A stretch of DNA of 32,000 nt from Candidatus Heimdallarchaeota archaeon (GTDB taxonomy: Archaea > Asgardarchaeota > Heimdallarchaeia > Heimdallarchaeales > Kariarchaeaceae). How positions within the stretch are numbered: the stretch's first letter is position 1; the number at the start of each line of letters is the position of its first letter. The notes under the pieces were generated by a model. That model worked only from the letters and a program-made list of their open reading frames with translations. It ran no database searches and was not told where the DNA came from. Positions 9,442 through 17,368 of the stretch are shown piece by piece. Position numbers and translations under genes: made by a program. The DNA is taken from positions 180,001-212,000 of the forward strand of contig JASBSB010000001.1 of assembly GCA_030149205.1 (NCBI GenBank). The letters are read 5' to 3'.

Positions 9442-10095
9442 ATTCTTTGTCCTAAATGTCAGTCATATTTTGTAAGATACCCATGTCCGGAATGCGGAGC
9501 CACTGAGGCAGATGCAGACAAATTGATGGAACAATCCGTTGATGAAGCAATAGAGACTAAAGCCGAAGAAGTGGAACATGTTTTAACACCAAAGGAATAT
9601 CTTGCCAAAAAAAAGCAGGAAGCTAACCCAGAGCCTGAAGAACGATTGCTTAAGCCTTCTGAATTGATGAAAACAAAAGAAGATATGCCAGAGCCTGAAG
9701 AATCAAAGGAAATTCAAAAACCAACTGCCAAAGAACTACCAGTGAAACCGTCAGATGTTTATCAGAAAGCTATGGAAGAAAAATATGGGAAAGATGAGAA
9801 AAATCTCAAACCCTCTGAACTTATCAAATCACAAGACTCAAGGTTTGGAACCCCAGAATCAACTTCAAAGGATACGCTAAAGAAACCATCAGAAATTGCC
9901 AAGCAAGGTGTGATACAAAGACCCGCTCAACCTCCAAAAAAATATGACCCCGTCATTACAGATACGCGATATATTGATGGAGACTTACCAAACCATATTG
10001 AGAGAAAAGATGGGGAAACTGATGAAGAATACAAAGAAAGAGTAAAGGACACTCTACAAGAAGTGGTTTCATTACTTGAAAAGCTGTTAGATTAG
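9442..10095 (+). CDS. Zn-finger (CPKC-x8-CPEC) protein with a disordered KPS(E/D)-repeat region and C-terminal helix; start inferred
   Basis: The frame is open from 9430 (stop at 9427-9429) and encodes ILCPKCQSYFVRYPCPECG upstream of the track start 9523. Candidate ATT start at 9442 lies behind GAGGT (9429-9433). Confidence 0.65.
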   Translation: MLCPKCQSYFVRYPCPECGATEADADKLMEQSVDEAIETKAEEVEHVLTPKEYLAKKKQEANPEPEERLLKPSELMKTKEDMPEPEESKEIQKPTAKELPVKPSDVYQKAMEEKYGKDEKNLKPSELIKSQDSRFGTPESTSKDTLKKPSEIAKQGVIQRPAQPPKKYDPVITDTRYIDGDLPNHIERKDGETDEEYKERVKDTLQEVVSLLEKLLD

Positions 10096-10103
10096 GTGGT
10101 CTT

Positions 10104-10358
10104 ATGGTCTATAAAACCAGAATTGCTTTTTCCTGTCCAGAAGAATTGAATCAAGAACTATTTAGGCTGGCTAAACAGCAAGGAATCCCCAAAGGAACTT
10201 TAATTTCAGAGCTTTTGGAATACGCGATATCTGTTAAATATGACTTTGAAATCGAAAAATCAAACCTCAAGAGGATCAAAGAACTCGAAACGGACATTAG
10301 AGAACTTAAGAAATGGAAACATGAAACAGAAAAGATTCTTAAAAAGCTGTCAGAATAA
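10104..10358 (+). CDS. Ribbon-helix-helix (CopG/MetJ/Arc-like) DNA-binding protein with coiled-coil tail
   Basis: N-terminal strand TRIAFSCP followed by helices EELNQELFRLAKQQG and KGTLISELLEYAI; heptad-like tail; AGGTGG overlaps the previous stop codon. Confidence 0.7.
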   Translation: MVYKTRIAFSCPEELNQELFRLAKQQGIPKGTLISELLEYAISVKYDFEIEKSNLKRIKELETDIRELKKWKHETEKILKKLSE

Positions 10359-10424
10359 GAAGTAATGTGCTAAAATCTTTCAGTGCTGAGATAGTTTTAA
10401 GTTCCTTTAAAAATTATAATAACT

Positions 10425-10724
10425 ATGGTTAAAACCTTGTATTACTCCGGGGGAGAATTTAAGGAACAAGTTAAGGGAGAAGCACTAGCCACTCTAGAGC
10501 TTATTCCTGATGGAAGCGATGGTATAGCTAATTTAAACTTTAACGGAAATGTAGGAATCGTCAAACAAAGAACCATTATTAGACAATCAAATAACCTATG
10601 TGTCAGTGGATTCAAATTAGGTAGTGGAGAAATGATTGGAAGAAATTTCAAATTGGTGGTTCTCAATGAGGCTGAGGTTGAGGACAAATTAAAGGGTGCA
10701 AGAGACAGCTTTAAGGCGAGATAA
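10425..10724 (+). CDS. Hypothetical protein (99 aa)
   Basis: ATG start, protein-like composition, fills the gap between co-oriented genes; no family recognised. Confidence 0.6.
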   Translation: MVKTLYYSGGEFKEQVKGEALATLELIPDGSDGIANLNFNGNVGIVKQRTIIRQSNNLCVSGFKLGSGEMIGRNFKLVVLNEAEVEDKLKGARDSFKAR

Positions 10725-10792
10725 ACCTGATTTAATAGAAAGTAGATGGAGCTTATTGGTTAATTAACAAAGATTTTTGAAAACACTAAAAC

Positions 10793-12253
10793 TTGAAGCC
10801 TATGAATGACGATCGAATTGTCTTGCTCAGTGTAGGAATTGATATTGGGTCTTCTACCAGTCACTTGGTATTTAGTAACATTACATTAGAGAGAAATGAG
10901 CATTCTTACTCAAGAAGGTTTGAAATTGTAGACAGAAAGGTTGTATTTTCATCCATTATAATCGATACCCCCTTACTGAATCCCACAACAATAGATGTAA
11001 AACAATTGGTTAAATTCTTACAAGATCAGTACGAACTTGCAAAAATTACAAAAGAGCAGGTACAGACTGGTGTGGTCATAGTTACCGGTGAAACAGCAAA
11101 GAAGGAAAATGCAAAAGAAATAGTTGAAACCTTGGCAGAAGATGCAGGAAGCTTTGTTGCTGCAACAGCTGGACCAAATTTTGAGTCACTAATTGCAGCA
11201 TATGGAAGTGGTGCAGTTCAAAGGTCAGAACGGGAAGAAATAGCAATTCTTTCATGTGATATCGGAGGAGGCACCTCGAACATTGCCATTTCTAAAGGTG
11301 GCTTAGTCCAAGAAACCTCCTGTATTTCAGTCGGAGGTCGACTCATCGCATTTGACAAGGATAGGATTATAACCAGGATTGATGGACCAGGAAGACTGGT
11401 ACTTGATGAACTGGGACTGAATCTAAATATAGGTTCTGAGATAACAGAGACCCAACAGAAACAGGTTGCTGAAAGGCTTGCGACTGCATTACTAAATAGT
11501 ATTACTCGAAACCATTCGGATAAGCTTGTTGATAAACTTCTGATGACGGAAAACGTTTCAATACCTATTTCAGAAATCGACGAGGTGTTCTACTCTGGTG
11601 GAGTCTCAGAGTTTGTTTATGGATCAAAAAGAGAGTACTATAATGATCTAGGATACGAGCTAGGTAAAGCAATTAAGGTCAAAACAGAAGAATTAGGGAT
11701 CCAAATGTTTGAACCAGAAAATAAAATTAGGGCAACGGTAATTGGTGCTGGAAACTATACACTTCAGGTGTCAGGTTCTACCTGTTTCCTAGATGATATG
11801 GATTTTCCAATAAAAAATATACCCGTCTTGGAAGCAAACATCCAAAGAGAATTCTTGAGTGAAGATCATGTAATAGAAGAGATTTCTAAGGCTTTCAAGA
11901 GATTTGACTTCATTGAAGGAGAAGAGATAGTAGCTTTTCACTTTAAAGATCCTGTGAGAGCTGCATATCAAAAATTGAAGACCTTTGCGATCTCATTAGA
12001 GAAAGCACTTCCTAACACAATAAAGTCAGGGATACCTGTGATCTTGATTTTTGAAAGAGATATTGGAAATTCGGTTGGGAATGTAATCAGACGTGAAACA
12101 GCCATTGAAGATAATCTCATAAGTATTGATGAGATACATGTAAAAGAAGGAGATTGGATAGACATTGGCAAACCAATGGTAAGTGGTCAAGTTGTTCCAG
12201 TAACTGTCAAATCATTAGTCTTCTCCAAAACAAACAATAATAATGGAAGATAA
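10793..12253 (+). CDS. eutA: EutA family ethanolamine ammonia-lyase reactivating factor (actin-like ATPase fold)
   Basis: LSVGIDIGSSTSHLVFS, VTGETAKKENA, AGPNFESLIAAYGSGA, DIGGGTSN, ATVIGAG and VVPVTVKSLVF motifs. ATG 10802 is an alternative start. Confidence 0.9.
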   Translation: MKPMNDDRIVLLSVGIDIGSSTSHLVFSNITLERNEHSYSRRFEIVDRKVVFSSIIIDTPLLNPTTIDVKQLVKFLQDQYELAKITKEQVQTGVVIVTGETAKKENAKEIVETLAEDAGSFVAATAGPNFESLIAAYGSGAVQRSEREEIAILSCDIGGGTSNIAISKGGLVQETSCISVGGRLIAFDKDRIITRIDGPGRLVLDELGLNLNIGSEITETQQKQVAERLATALLNSITRNHSDKLVDKLLMTENVSIPISEIDEVFYSGGVSEFVYGSKREYYNDLGYELGKAIKVKTEELGIQMFEPENKIRATVIGAGNYTLQVSGSTCFLDDMDFPIKNIPVLEANIQREFLSEDHVIEEISKAFKRFDFIEGEEIVAFHFKDPVRAAYQKLKTFAISLEKALPNTIKSGIPVILIFERDIGNSVGNVIRRETAIEDNLISIDEIHVKEGDWIDIGKPMVSGQVVPVTVKSLVFSKTNNNNGR

Positions 12254-12275
12254 ACAAATTACACCTAAGACCTAT

Positions 12276-12761
12276 TCACTTTGAGTAAGCTGTTTTGATA
12301 GTCTCCCGAATATCCTGTCGAACATTCCCCGGGAGCTCTTTTAACATTTCAAGAACGGATTTAACCTCCGTTGGAATGTCTCTTTTGACGAAATTGTCAT
12401 AGCCAACAACAACTCTGGAAATGTAGCCTGACGCACAGATCTCTCCAGTTTCTTTGTTCACAATAACATGATTTGTTGTGAAGGAATGATTTCCAATCCT
12501 AGAAACATAACACAAAACTTCTACCTCATCACCAAATTTCAACGGATGGTGAAAGCTGGTCTTATGTTCAATTATTGGTAGCAAAAAATCCAACTTTTTG
12601 TGAGCTTCCCAATCCAATCCATAATACCGAAGAATTCCTAAAAAATTCTCATCAAAGTAAGTGGCAAATGACCCAAAGTACAGTATACCAGCTGCATCCG
12701 TGTCACTGAATCTCACTATCTCAGTTGTTTTATACATAGTAAATAGTCTCGAGAAGGTCAT
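12276..12761 (-). CDS. Acyl-CoA thioesterase (4HBT/YbgC hotdog fold)
   Basis: VRFSDTDAAGILYFGSFATYFD motif; PLKFGDEVEV and IGNHSFT strands. Confidence 0.88.
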   Translation of the reverse strand: MTFSRLFTMYKTTEIVRFSDTDAAGILYFGSFATYFDENFLGILRYYGLDWEAHKKLDFLLPIIEHKTSFHHPLKFGDEVEVLCYVSRIGNHSFTTNHVIVNKETGEICASGYISRVVVGYDNFVKRDIPTEVKSVLEMLKELPGNVRQDIRETIKTAYSK

Positions 12762-12816
12762 ATAAATTTAGCTTAAGAGATAAAGTTTGATGTTTACTCA
12801 ACTAAATTTCCATTGA

Positions 12817-13158
12817 TCAGATTGACTTTTCTCTCAGAGTTGATATCTTTACGATGCGAGGTTTCTCAATCGTAATTGATTCTACTACCTGTCGGGAAAT
12901 CCACTTTGAGATAGTCTTAAACTGTCTGATATCGTTGACTATTTCCTTTCCTCGATTAGTTAGCTTAAACAGACTAAACCTTTGAACTACCAACCCATCA
13001 TCCATAAACTCTTTTAAGAAGCGATTTGTGGTTTTAGCCTTAAGCCCAAATTCCATAAGCTCTTTAATTGTTCCAAGTCCCAGTGAATCTAGTGCAACCA
13101 AAGTTTTTGCCCTTAATGGTGTTCGAAGGCTATAGGGATAATCATCCTTGTCGAACAT
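12817..13158 (-). CDS. Winged helix-turn-helix protein
   Basis: TIKELMEFGLKAKTTNRFLKEFMDDGLV followed by the FKLTNRGKEIV wing motif. Confidence 0.6.
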   Translation of the reverse strand: MFDKDDYPYSLRTPLRAKTLVALDSLGLGTIKELMEFGLKAKTTNRFLKEFMDDGLVVQRFSLFKLTNRGKEIVNDIRQFKTISKWISRQVVESITIEKPRIVKISTLREKSI

Positions 13159-13199
13159 GACATCAAATGAGTTTCAAGATATAAAAACTCATGACTAAT

Positions 13200-14876
13200 T
13201 CAACTGGGTGTTAGTATATACCTAGTAAACCAATCAAATACTGCTTCAGACGAACTAATAGGATCATCTTTGGCTTTCCATGCAAGTGTGCTTATCGTAT
13301 CCTCATCATTTAGGGTAAATTCATTTGAAAACAAGGATTTTCGTGTAAATTTGTAATCTGATTCTAATATATTCCGATTTAAAAAATTTGAAAAGCTGGA
13401 TTTAGCCTTAGAAAACAATGAATCAGTACGTTCGATCTCTATTTCAGAGTGGTTAACATCACTCATTGCCTCCAGCAATTCGATAGGTGAAGCATCAAAG
13501 CTTTTGAAACTAAACATGCCCTCTGAACTCTTGTTAATTAGCAAAGCAATTGCACGAGATAAATCTAGTTCAGTTATCCATGAAATTTTATTCTTACCAG
13601 AGCTTGGTAATGAGATCCTCTGAAGTTTCACACCTTTGCAAAATTCAAATGTAAGTTCTCTATCAAAAGCACCGAAGTAGAATCCTGGTCTTAGTATGCT
13701 TAATTTGGGATAGTAGGGTTCTTCCTTTTCACTAGGCTGATCTGAAAGGTCTGGATCAAGAGATTCTTCAACTGTATTACTTAAATTAGGGACATTGGGT
13801 TTACCATCTAAGTTAGGGACACTGGGTTTACCATCCAAGTTGGGAACGCTCGATTTACCATCCAAGTTGGGGACATTGGGTTTACCATCTAAGTTAGGGA
13901 TACCAGGCTTATTGTCTAAATTGGGGACACTGGGTTTGCCATCTAGATTAGGGACACTGGGTTTACCATCCAAGTTGGGGACACTCGGTTTGCCATCTAA
14001 GTTGGGGACACTCGATTTGCCATCCAAGTTGGGGACACTGGGTTTACCATCTAAGTTAGGGATACTAGGCTTATTGTCTAAATTGGGGACACTCGGTTTG
14101 CCATCTAGATTGGGGACATTGGGTTTACCATGTAAATTGGGGACACTCGGTTTGCCATCCAAGTTGGGGACACTCGGTTTGCCATCCAAGTTGGGGACAC
14201 TCGGTTTGCCATCCAAGTTGGGGACACTCGGTTTGCCATCTAGATTGGGGACATTGGGTTTGCCATCCAAGTTAGGTGAAGAAGTAGAGATTTTTATATT
14301 TTTATCAGATTCCGAAGGGTCTTCATTTGTGTTTGATTTGAATCCTGTTCCTTCGGAGGACCTTATAGAATCCATCCATTCATCGTAATTTGAAGGTGTT
14401 CCAAAGTCTGAATGAGAGAAGTAGTTTTTACATACTTCAATTGCTCCAATCAAAGACAAATGATAAGGGTCATTCGTGTCATAATCAGAGTCGGGAGAGA
14501 TAAATTTCATAGAGTTCCAACTTAAGAACATTGGAACCACGCTTATGACCTGTTTGACCTTTTTCTCCTTTGCAATAGCCAGCAAATTGATTAACCCCTG
14601 TCTATGTAGTATCATAGAATCCATTGATGAAAGTCTTGGATTCAAGGAGAAATCAACTTGGCCGTTTACCACAATATCATTTTCTTGAAATATATGTTTT
14701 AAGCTCTCAGGATATCTGACATCTGCAAGATGTAAATCAAACCTTTGAAATATCCCTCGTGGAGCAGACCCCTCAGAGCTGCAAAATACCAGATCCTTAA
14801 TTGGCATCCGTGGAATGAGATATCTTGCAAAGATACTTCCCACCAAATAATCCACTCCAAGAATGACAACTCTCAT
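13200..14876 (-). CDS. Degenerate extended-SDR (NAD-dependent epimerase-like) protein with an internal tandem-repeat insertion
   Basis: N-terminal RVVILGVDYLVGS, then LADVRYPESL, PYHLSL, LSILRPGFYFG and ITELDLSRAI follow the SDR order of elements; an insert of about 230 aa precedes LRPG. Confidence 0.7.
   Translation of the reverse strand: MRVVILGVDYLVGSIFARYLIPRMPIKDLVFCSSEGSAPRGIFQRFDLHLADVRYPESLKHIFQENDIVVNGQVDFSLNPRLSSMDSMILHRQGLINLLAIAKEKKVKQVISVVPMFLSWNSMKFISPDSDYDTNDPYHLSLIGAIEVCKNYFSHSDFGTPSNYDEWMDSIRSSEGTGFKSNTNEDPSESDKNIKISTSSPNLDGKPNVPNLDGKPSVPNLDGKPSVPNLDGKPSVPNLDGKPSVPNLHGKPNVPNLDGKPSVPNLDNKPSIPNLDGKPSVPNLDGKSSVPNLDGKPSVPNLDGKPSVPNLDGKPSVPNLDNKPGIPNLDGKPNVPNLDGKSSVPNLDGKPSVPNLDGKPNVPNLSNTVEESLDPDLSDQPSEKEEPYYPKLSILRPGFYFGAFDRELTFEFCKGVKLQRISLPSSGKNKISWITELDLSRAIALLINKSSEGMFSFKSFDASPIELLEAMSDVNHSEIEIERTDSLFSKAKSSFSNFLNRNILESDYKFTRKSLFSNEFTLNDEDTISTLAWKAKDDPISSSEAVFDWFTRYILTPS
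13782..14276 (-). repeat. Coding tandem repeat: 18 x 27 bp (PNLDGKPSV consensus) plus a partial 19th unit
   Basis: Counted directly. Variants include PNLDNKPSI, PNLDNKPGI, PNLDGKSSV, PNLHGKPNV and PNLDGKPNV. Confidence 0.97.
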
Positions 14877-14990
14877 AAATTAAATATTAGCTTTACGCTT
14901 AAATTTATTTTGGAAAGGAATAAACATTTGTCCGTCCAAGTTTTCCAAAAAACTTTTAATTTAGACTATGAATCATAATACTATTTTGGA

Positions 14991-15275
14991 GTGAACTTAT
15001 TGGAACAAAACGATTCTGATCTAACTACTTGGTTGAGACTCGGGGAACTTGAAAAAGTGAACTTATTGGCGGTTCATTCAGATTTACCCATCGAAATATT
15101 AGTAACTGCAGCTAAAGACTCGTCTCTAAGTGTGAGGATGTCCCTACTGTCACACTTACACTCCATTTCTCCTTTAAATTTTAATATAGTAAGAATTCTT
15201 CAGATGGTTGAAACAAAAGACCCCGAAGACATTGTCAGAAAATCAGCAAGCCATATACTTAAGAAGGTCAGGTAG
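14991..15275 (+). CDS. Small HEAT-like repeat protein
   Basis: Two HEAT-type motifs: AAKDSSLSVRMSLL and TKDPEDIVRKSASHIL. Confidence 0.5.
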   Translation: MNLLEQNDSDLTTWLRLGELEKVNLLAVHSDLPIEILVTAAKDSSLSVRMSLLSHLHSISPLNFNIVRILQMVETKDPEDIVRKSASHILKKVR

Positions 15276-15942
15276 ATTTAATTAAATTCGCTATACGTAC
15301 AGCTATAGCAGCAGCAGAAATACCATTCCCTATGTTGACCACTGATAAACCAGGGGAACAGGATTGTAGAGCAGAAAACAAGGCTGCCTCACCTTGTCCT
15401 CCTTTCCCATATCCAACAGGAGAGGGTACTGCAATTACAGGTATTGAAAACAAAGAATTAACAACTGAGAACAGAGCACCCTCAAAACCTGCAACTACAA
15501 TAACTGAGGTGAAATCTGCCTCATCAATGTTAGAATAGAGAGACGAGAGTCTTCTTAAATTTGCGACACCAACATCTTGGTAACTTTCAAAGCCTAAACC
15601 ATGAAATTCTAAAGCTAATGCAATTTCTTCAACAACAGAAATATCACTTGATCCCCCAGATAGGATTAATACTTTACCTGTTCGTATCTTTGGTTTACCA
15701 CCCCCAATAATATAAGTTGACCCAAATCTGGATTTTTTGTAAACTGTCACATTTTTCTCTTTTAATAGATAAGCCTGTTCCTTAGTCACTTTAGAGAGCA
15801 GAAAAAGAGTATCATTTAGATTGTCTGTGATTTGATCTAATATTTCTAGAAAGACCTCATTTGGTTTTCCTTCACAATAAATTACCTCAGTGAACCCTTG
15901 ACGGTTCTCCCTATCAAACTCAAAATTAAAGTATTCACTCAT
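15268..15942 (-). CDS. larB: Nickel pincer cofactor biosynthesis protein LarB
   Basis: DRENRQGFTEVIYCEGK, GSSDISV, DVGVA, VAGFEGAL, VPSPVGYG and SCSPGLSVVNIGNG motifs. The likely start is ATG 15942, one base after the larC stop (TAA-A-ATG), rather than 15960. Confidence 0.92.
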   Translation of the reverse strand: MSEYFNFEFDRENRQGFTEVIYCEGKPNEVFLEILDQITDNLNDTLFLLSKVTKEQAYLLKEKNVTVYKKSRFGSTYIIGGGKPKIRTGKVLILSGGSSDISVVEEIALALEFHGLGFESYQDVGVANLRRLSSLYSNIDEADFTSVIVVAGFEGALFSVVNSLFSIPVIAVPSPVGYGKGGQGEAALFSALQSCSPGLSVVNIGNGISAAAIAVRIANLIKST

Positions 15943-15943
15943 T

Positions 15944-17191
15944 TTATTCACGACCTCCATCTTTAACTATATCTTGTTTCTTAGTTTTCTCCTTATTTGA
16001 TTCAATCTTTTCAATAGCTTGATCAAAAGAGAGTCTTTGTTGAAGCTCTAAAGGAGTAATACCAAGATGCTTTGCTGCATTCTGAAGATCTTCAAATTCA
16101 TATTTCTTGGAATATAACCCACGTTTAATTCGTATTTGTGGGTTCATGTCAACAACAGATTCAACTTTTCTACCGCTGATATGACGGAATGCTGTCGTTA
16201 TTCTAACACCTAATGTCCCAGTTTCCCTCATCACCAGTTCTGAGACCTTATCAACATCTTGAATTTTAGTTAGTACTCTTAAACACCAACCTGGCCTGTT
16301 TTTTTTCATAATTAGAGGATAGTAGGAGACATCCAATGCACCAGCGGTTGCTAAACTTTCAAAACTGTGACCGAGGAATTCTCCAGAGATATCATCCAAA
16401 TGTGTCTCTATAACTGCAATTTCAGAGGGAGTTTGTGCTAAATAGCCAATTCTAAGTCGAAGAAAGTTTGAAAAGTTCTCGAACTCTTTGACCCCAAATC
16501 CTAATGCAGATCCAGTCCAAATTACTTGGTTCACAGATTTGAAATTCTGAAATAATGAGCGAATAATTGACGCTCCGGTTGGTGTGAGGAACTCTCCTGA
16601 AACGATGGAGGGTACTGTCTGTAGTGGAACTCCCTCCAAAATTTTCAGAGTAACTGGACTGGGAACAGGAACGACACCATGAGAGGTTTTAACTCTTCCA
16701 GATCCGACATTAATTGGAGAAAACCCAACAAATTGAACGCTGAGAAAATCTAAGAGGTATGCTGTTGAATAAATATCAAAAAGAGTATCTAAAGTCCCAA
16801 GCTCATGTAAATGAAGATGCTTGGTTTCAACACCATGAACATCCTTTTCTGAACTTACCAACAAATCTAGTGCTTCCTGCCCAAATGACCTGTATTTTTC
16901 TCTTAAATTAGTACTAAATTCAACTAGGTTGTTCGATAATTCTTGAACCGTTTGCCTTTTTTCGAGACCAGTTAACATGAGTTGGTAACCAGAAAATCCG
17001 TGACTATTGACCTTTTTAAGATCAATTGTTACTCCTTCGCTGACCTTTGAAAACTTGGTTAAAATGTTCTCCAAAACCTTAATTCGATCAGATTCAGATA
17101 ACAGACCTAGTAAGGCTGAAACCACCATATCACCCGAAGCCCCAGCCACAGCGGCATCAACCCAGAGAACCAAATTTGTAATTTTCTTCAA
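15944..17191 (-). CDS. larC: Nickel insertase LarC (single in-frame LarC1+LarC2)
   Basis: AGASGDM, HLHELGTLD, GSGRVKTSHGVVPVP, TPTGA, ETHLDDISGE, MKKNRPG, ETGTLGVR and YEFED motifs. Confidence 0.93.
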   Translation of the reverse strand: MKKITNLVLWVDAAVAGASGDMVVSALLGLLSESDRIKVLENILTKFSKVSEGVTIDLKKVNSHGFSGYQLMLTGLEKRQTVQELSNNLVEFSTNLREKYRSFGQEALDLLVSSEKDVHGVETKHLHLHELGTLDTLFDIYSTAYLLDFLSVQFVGFSPINVGSGRVKTSHGVVPVPSPVTLKILEGVPLQTVPSIVSGEFLTPTGASIIRSLFQNFKSVNQVIWTGSALGFGVKEFENFSNFLRLRIGYLAQTPSEIAVIETHLDDISGEFLGHSFESLATAGALDVSYYPLIMKKNRPGWCLRVLTKIQDVDKVSELVMRETGTLGVRITTAFRHISGRKVESVVDMNPQIRIKRGLYSKKYEFEDLQNAAKHLGITPLELQQRLSFDQAIEKIESNKEKTKKQDIVKDGGRE

Positions 17192-17368
17192 TATGTCTGC
17201 TTATTTAGATTTTTGAAAAAATTATCTAAAGGGGGACACGAATAGAGGAATTTTATAACACGACACTGTATTTTTGGACTCTTTTATATATTAAATTTTA
17301 TATTATACGATTCCAAAGACGATAAGAAATAAATACACCTGTAGGGGAAGGTTCGAGATTGAGAATTT

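Noticed and set aside
9650-14276. KPS-x motif shared by the Zn-finger protein (KPSE/D) and the SDR repeat (KPSV/I)
   Set aside because: A three-residue overlap in different contexts is likely coincidence.
13795-14388. 197-aa + strand ORF of (LGTLGLPSK)n
   Set aside because: It is the antisense shadow of the 27-bp array. Silent variation favours the minus-strand reading, which is embedded in a longer gene with SDR motifs on both sides.
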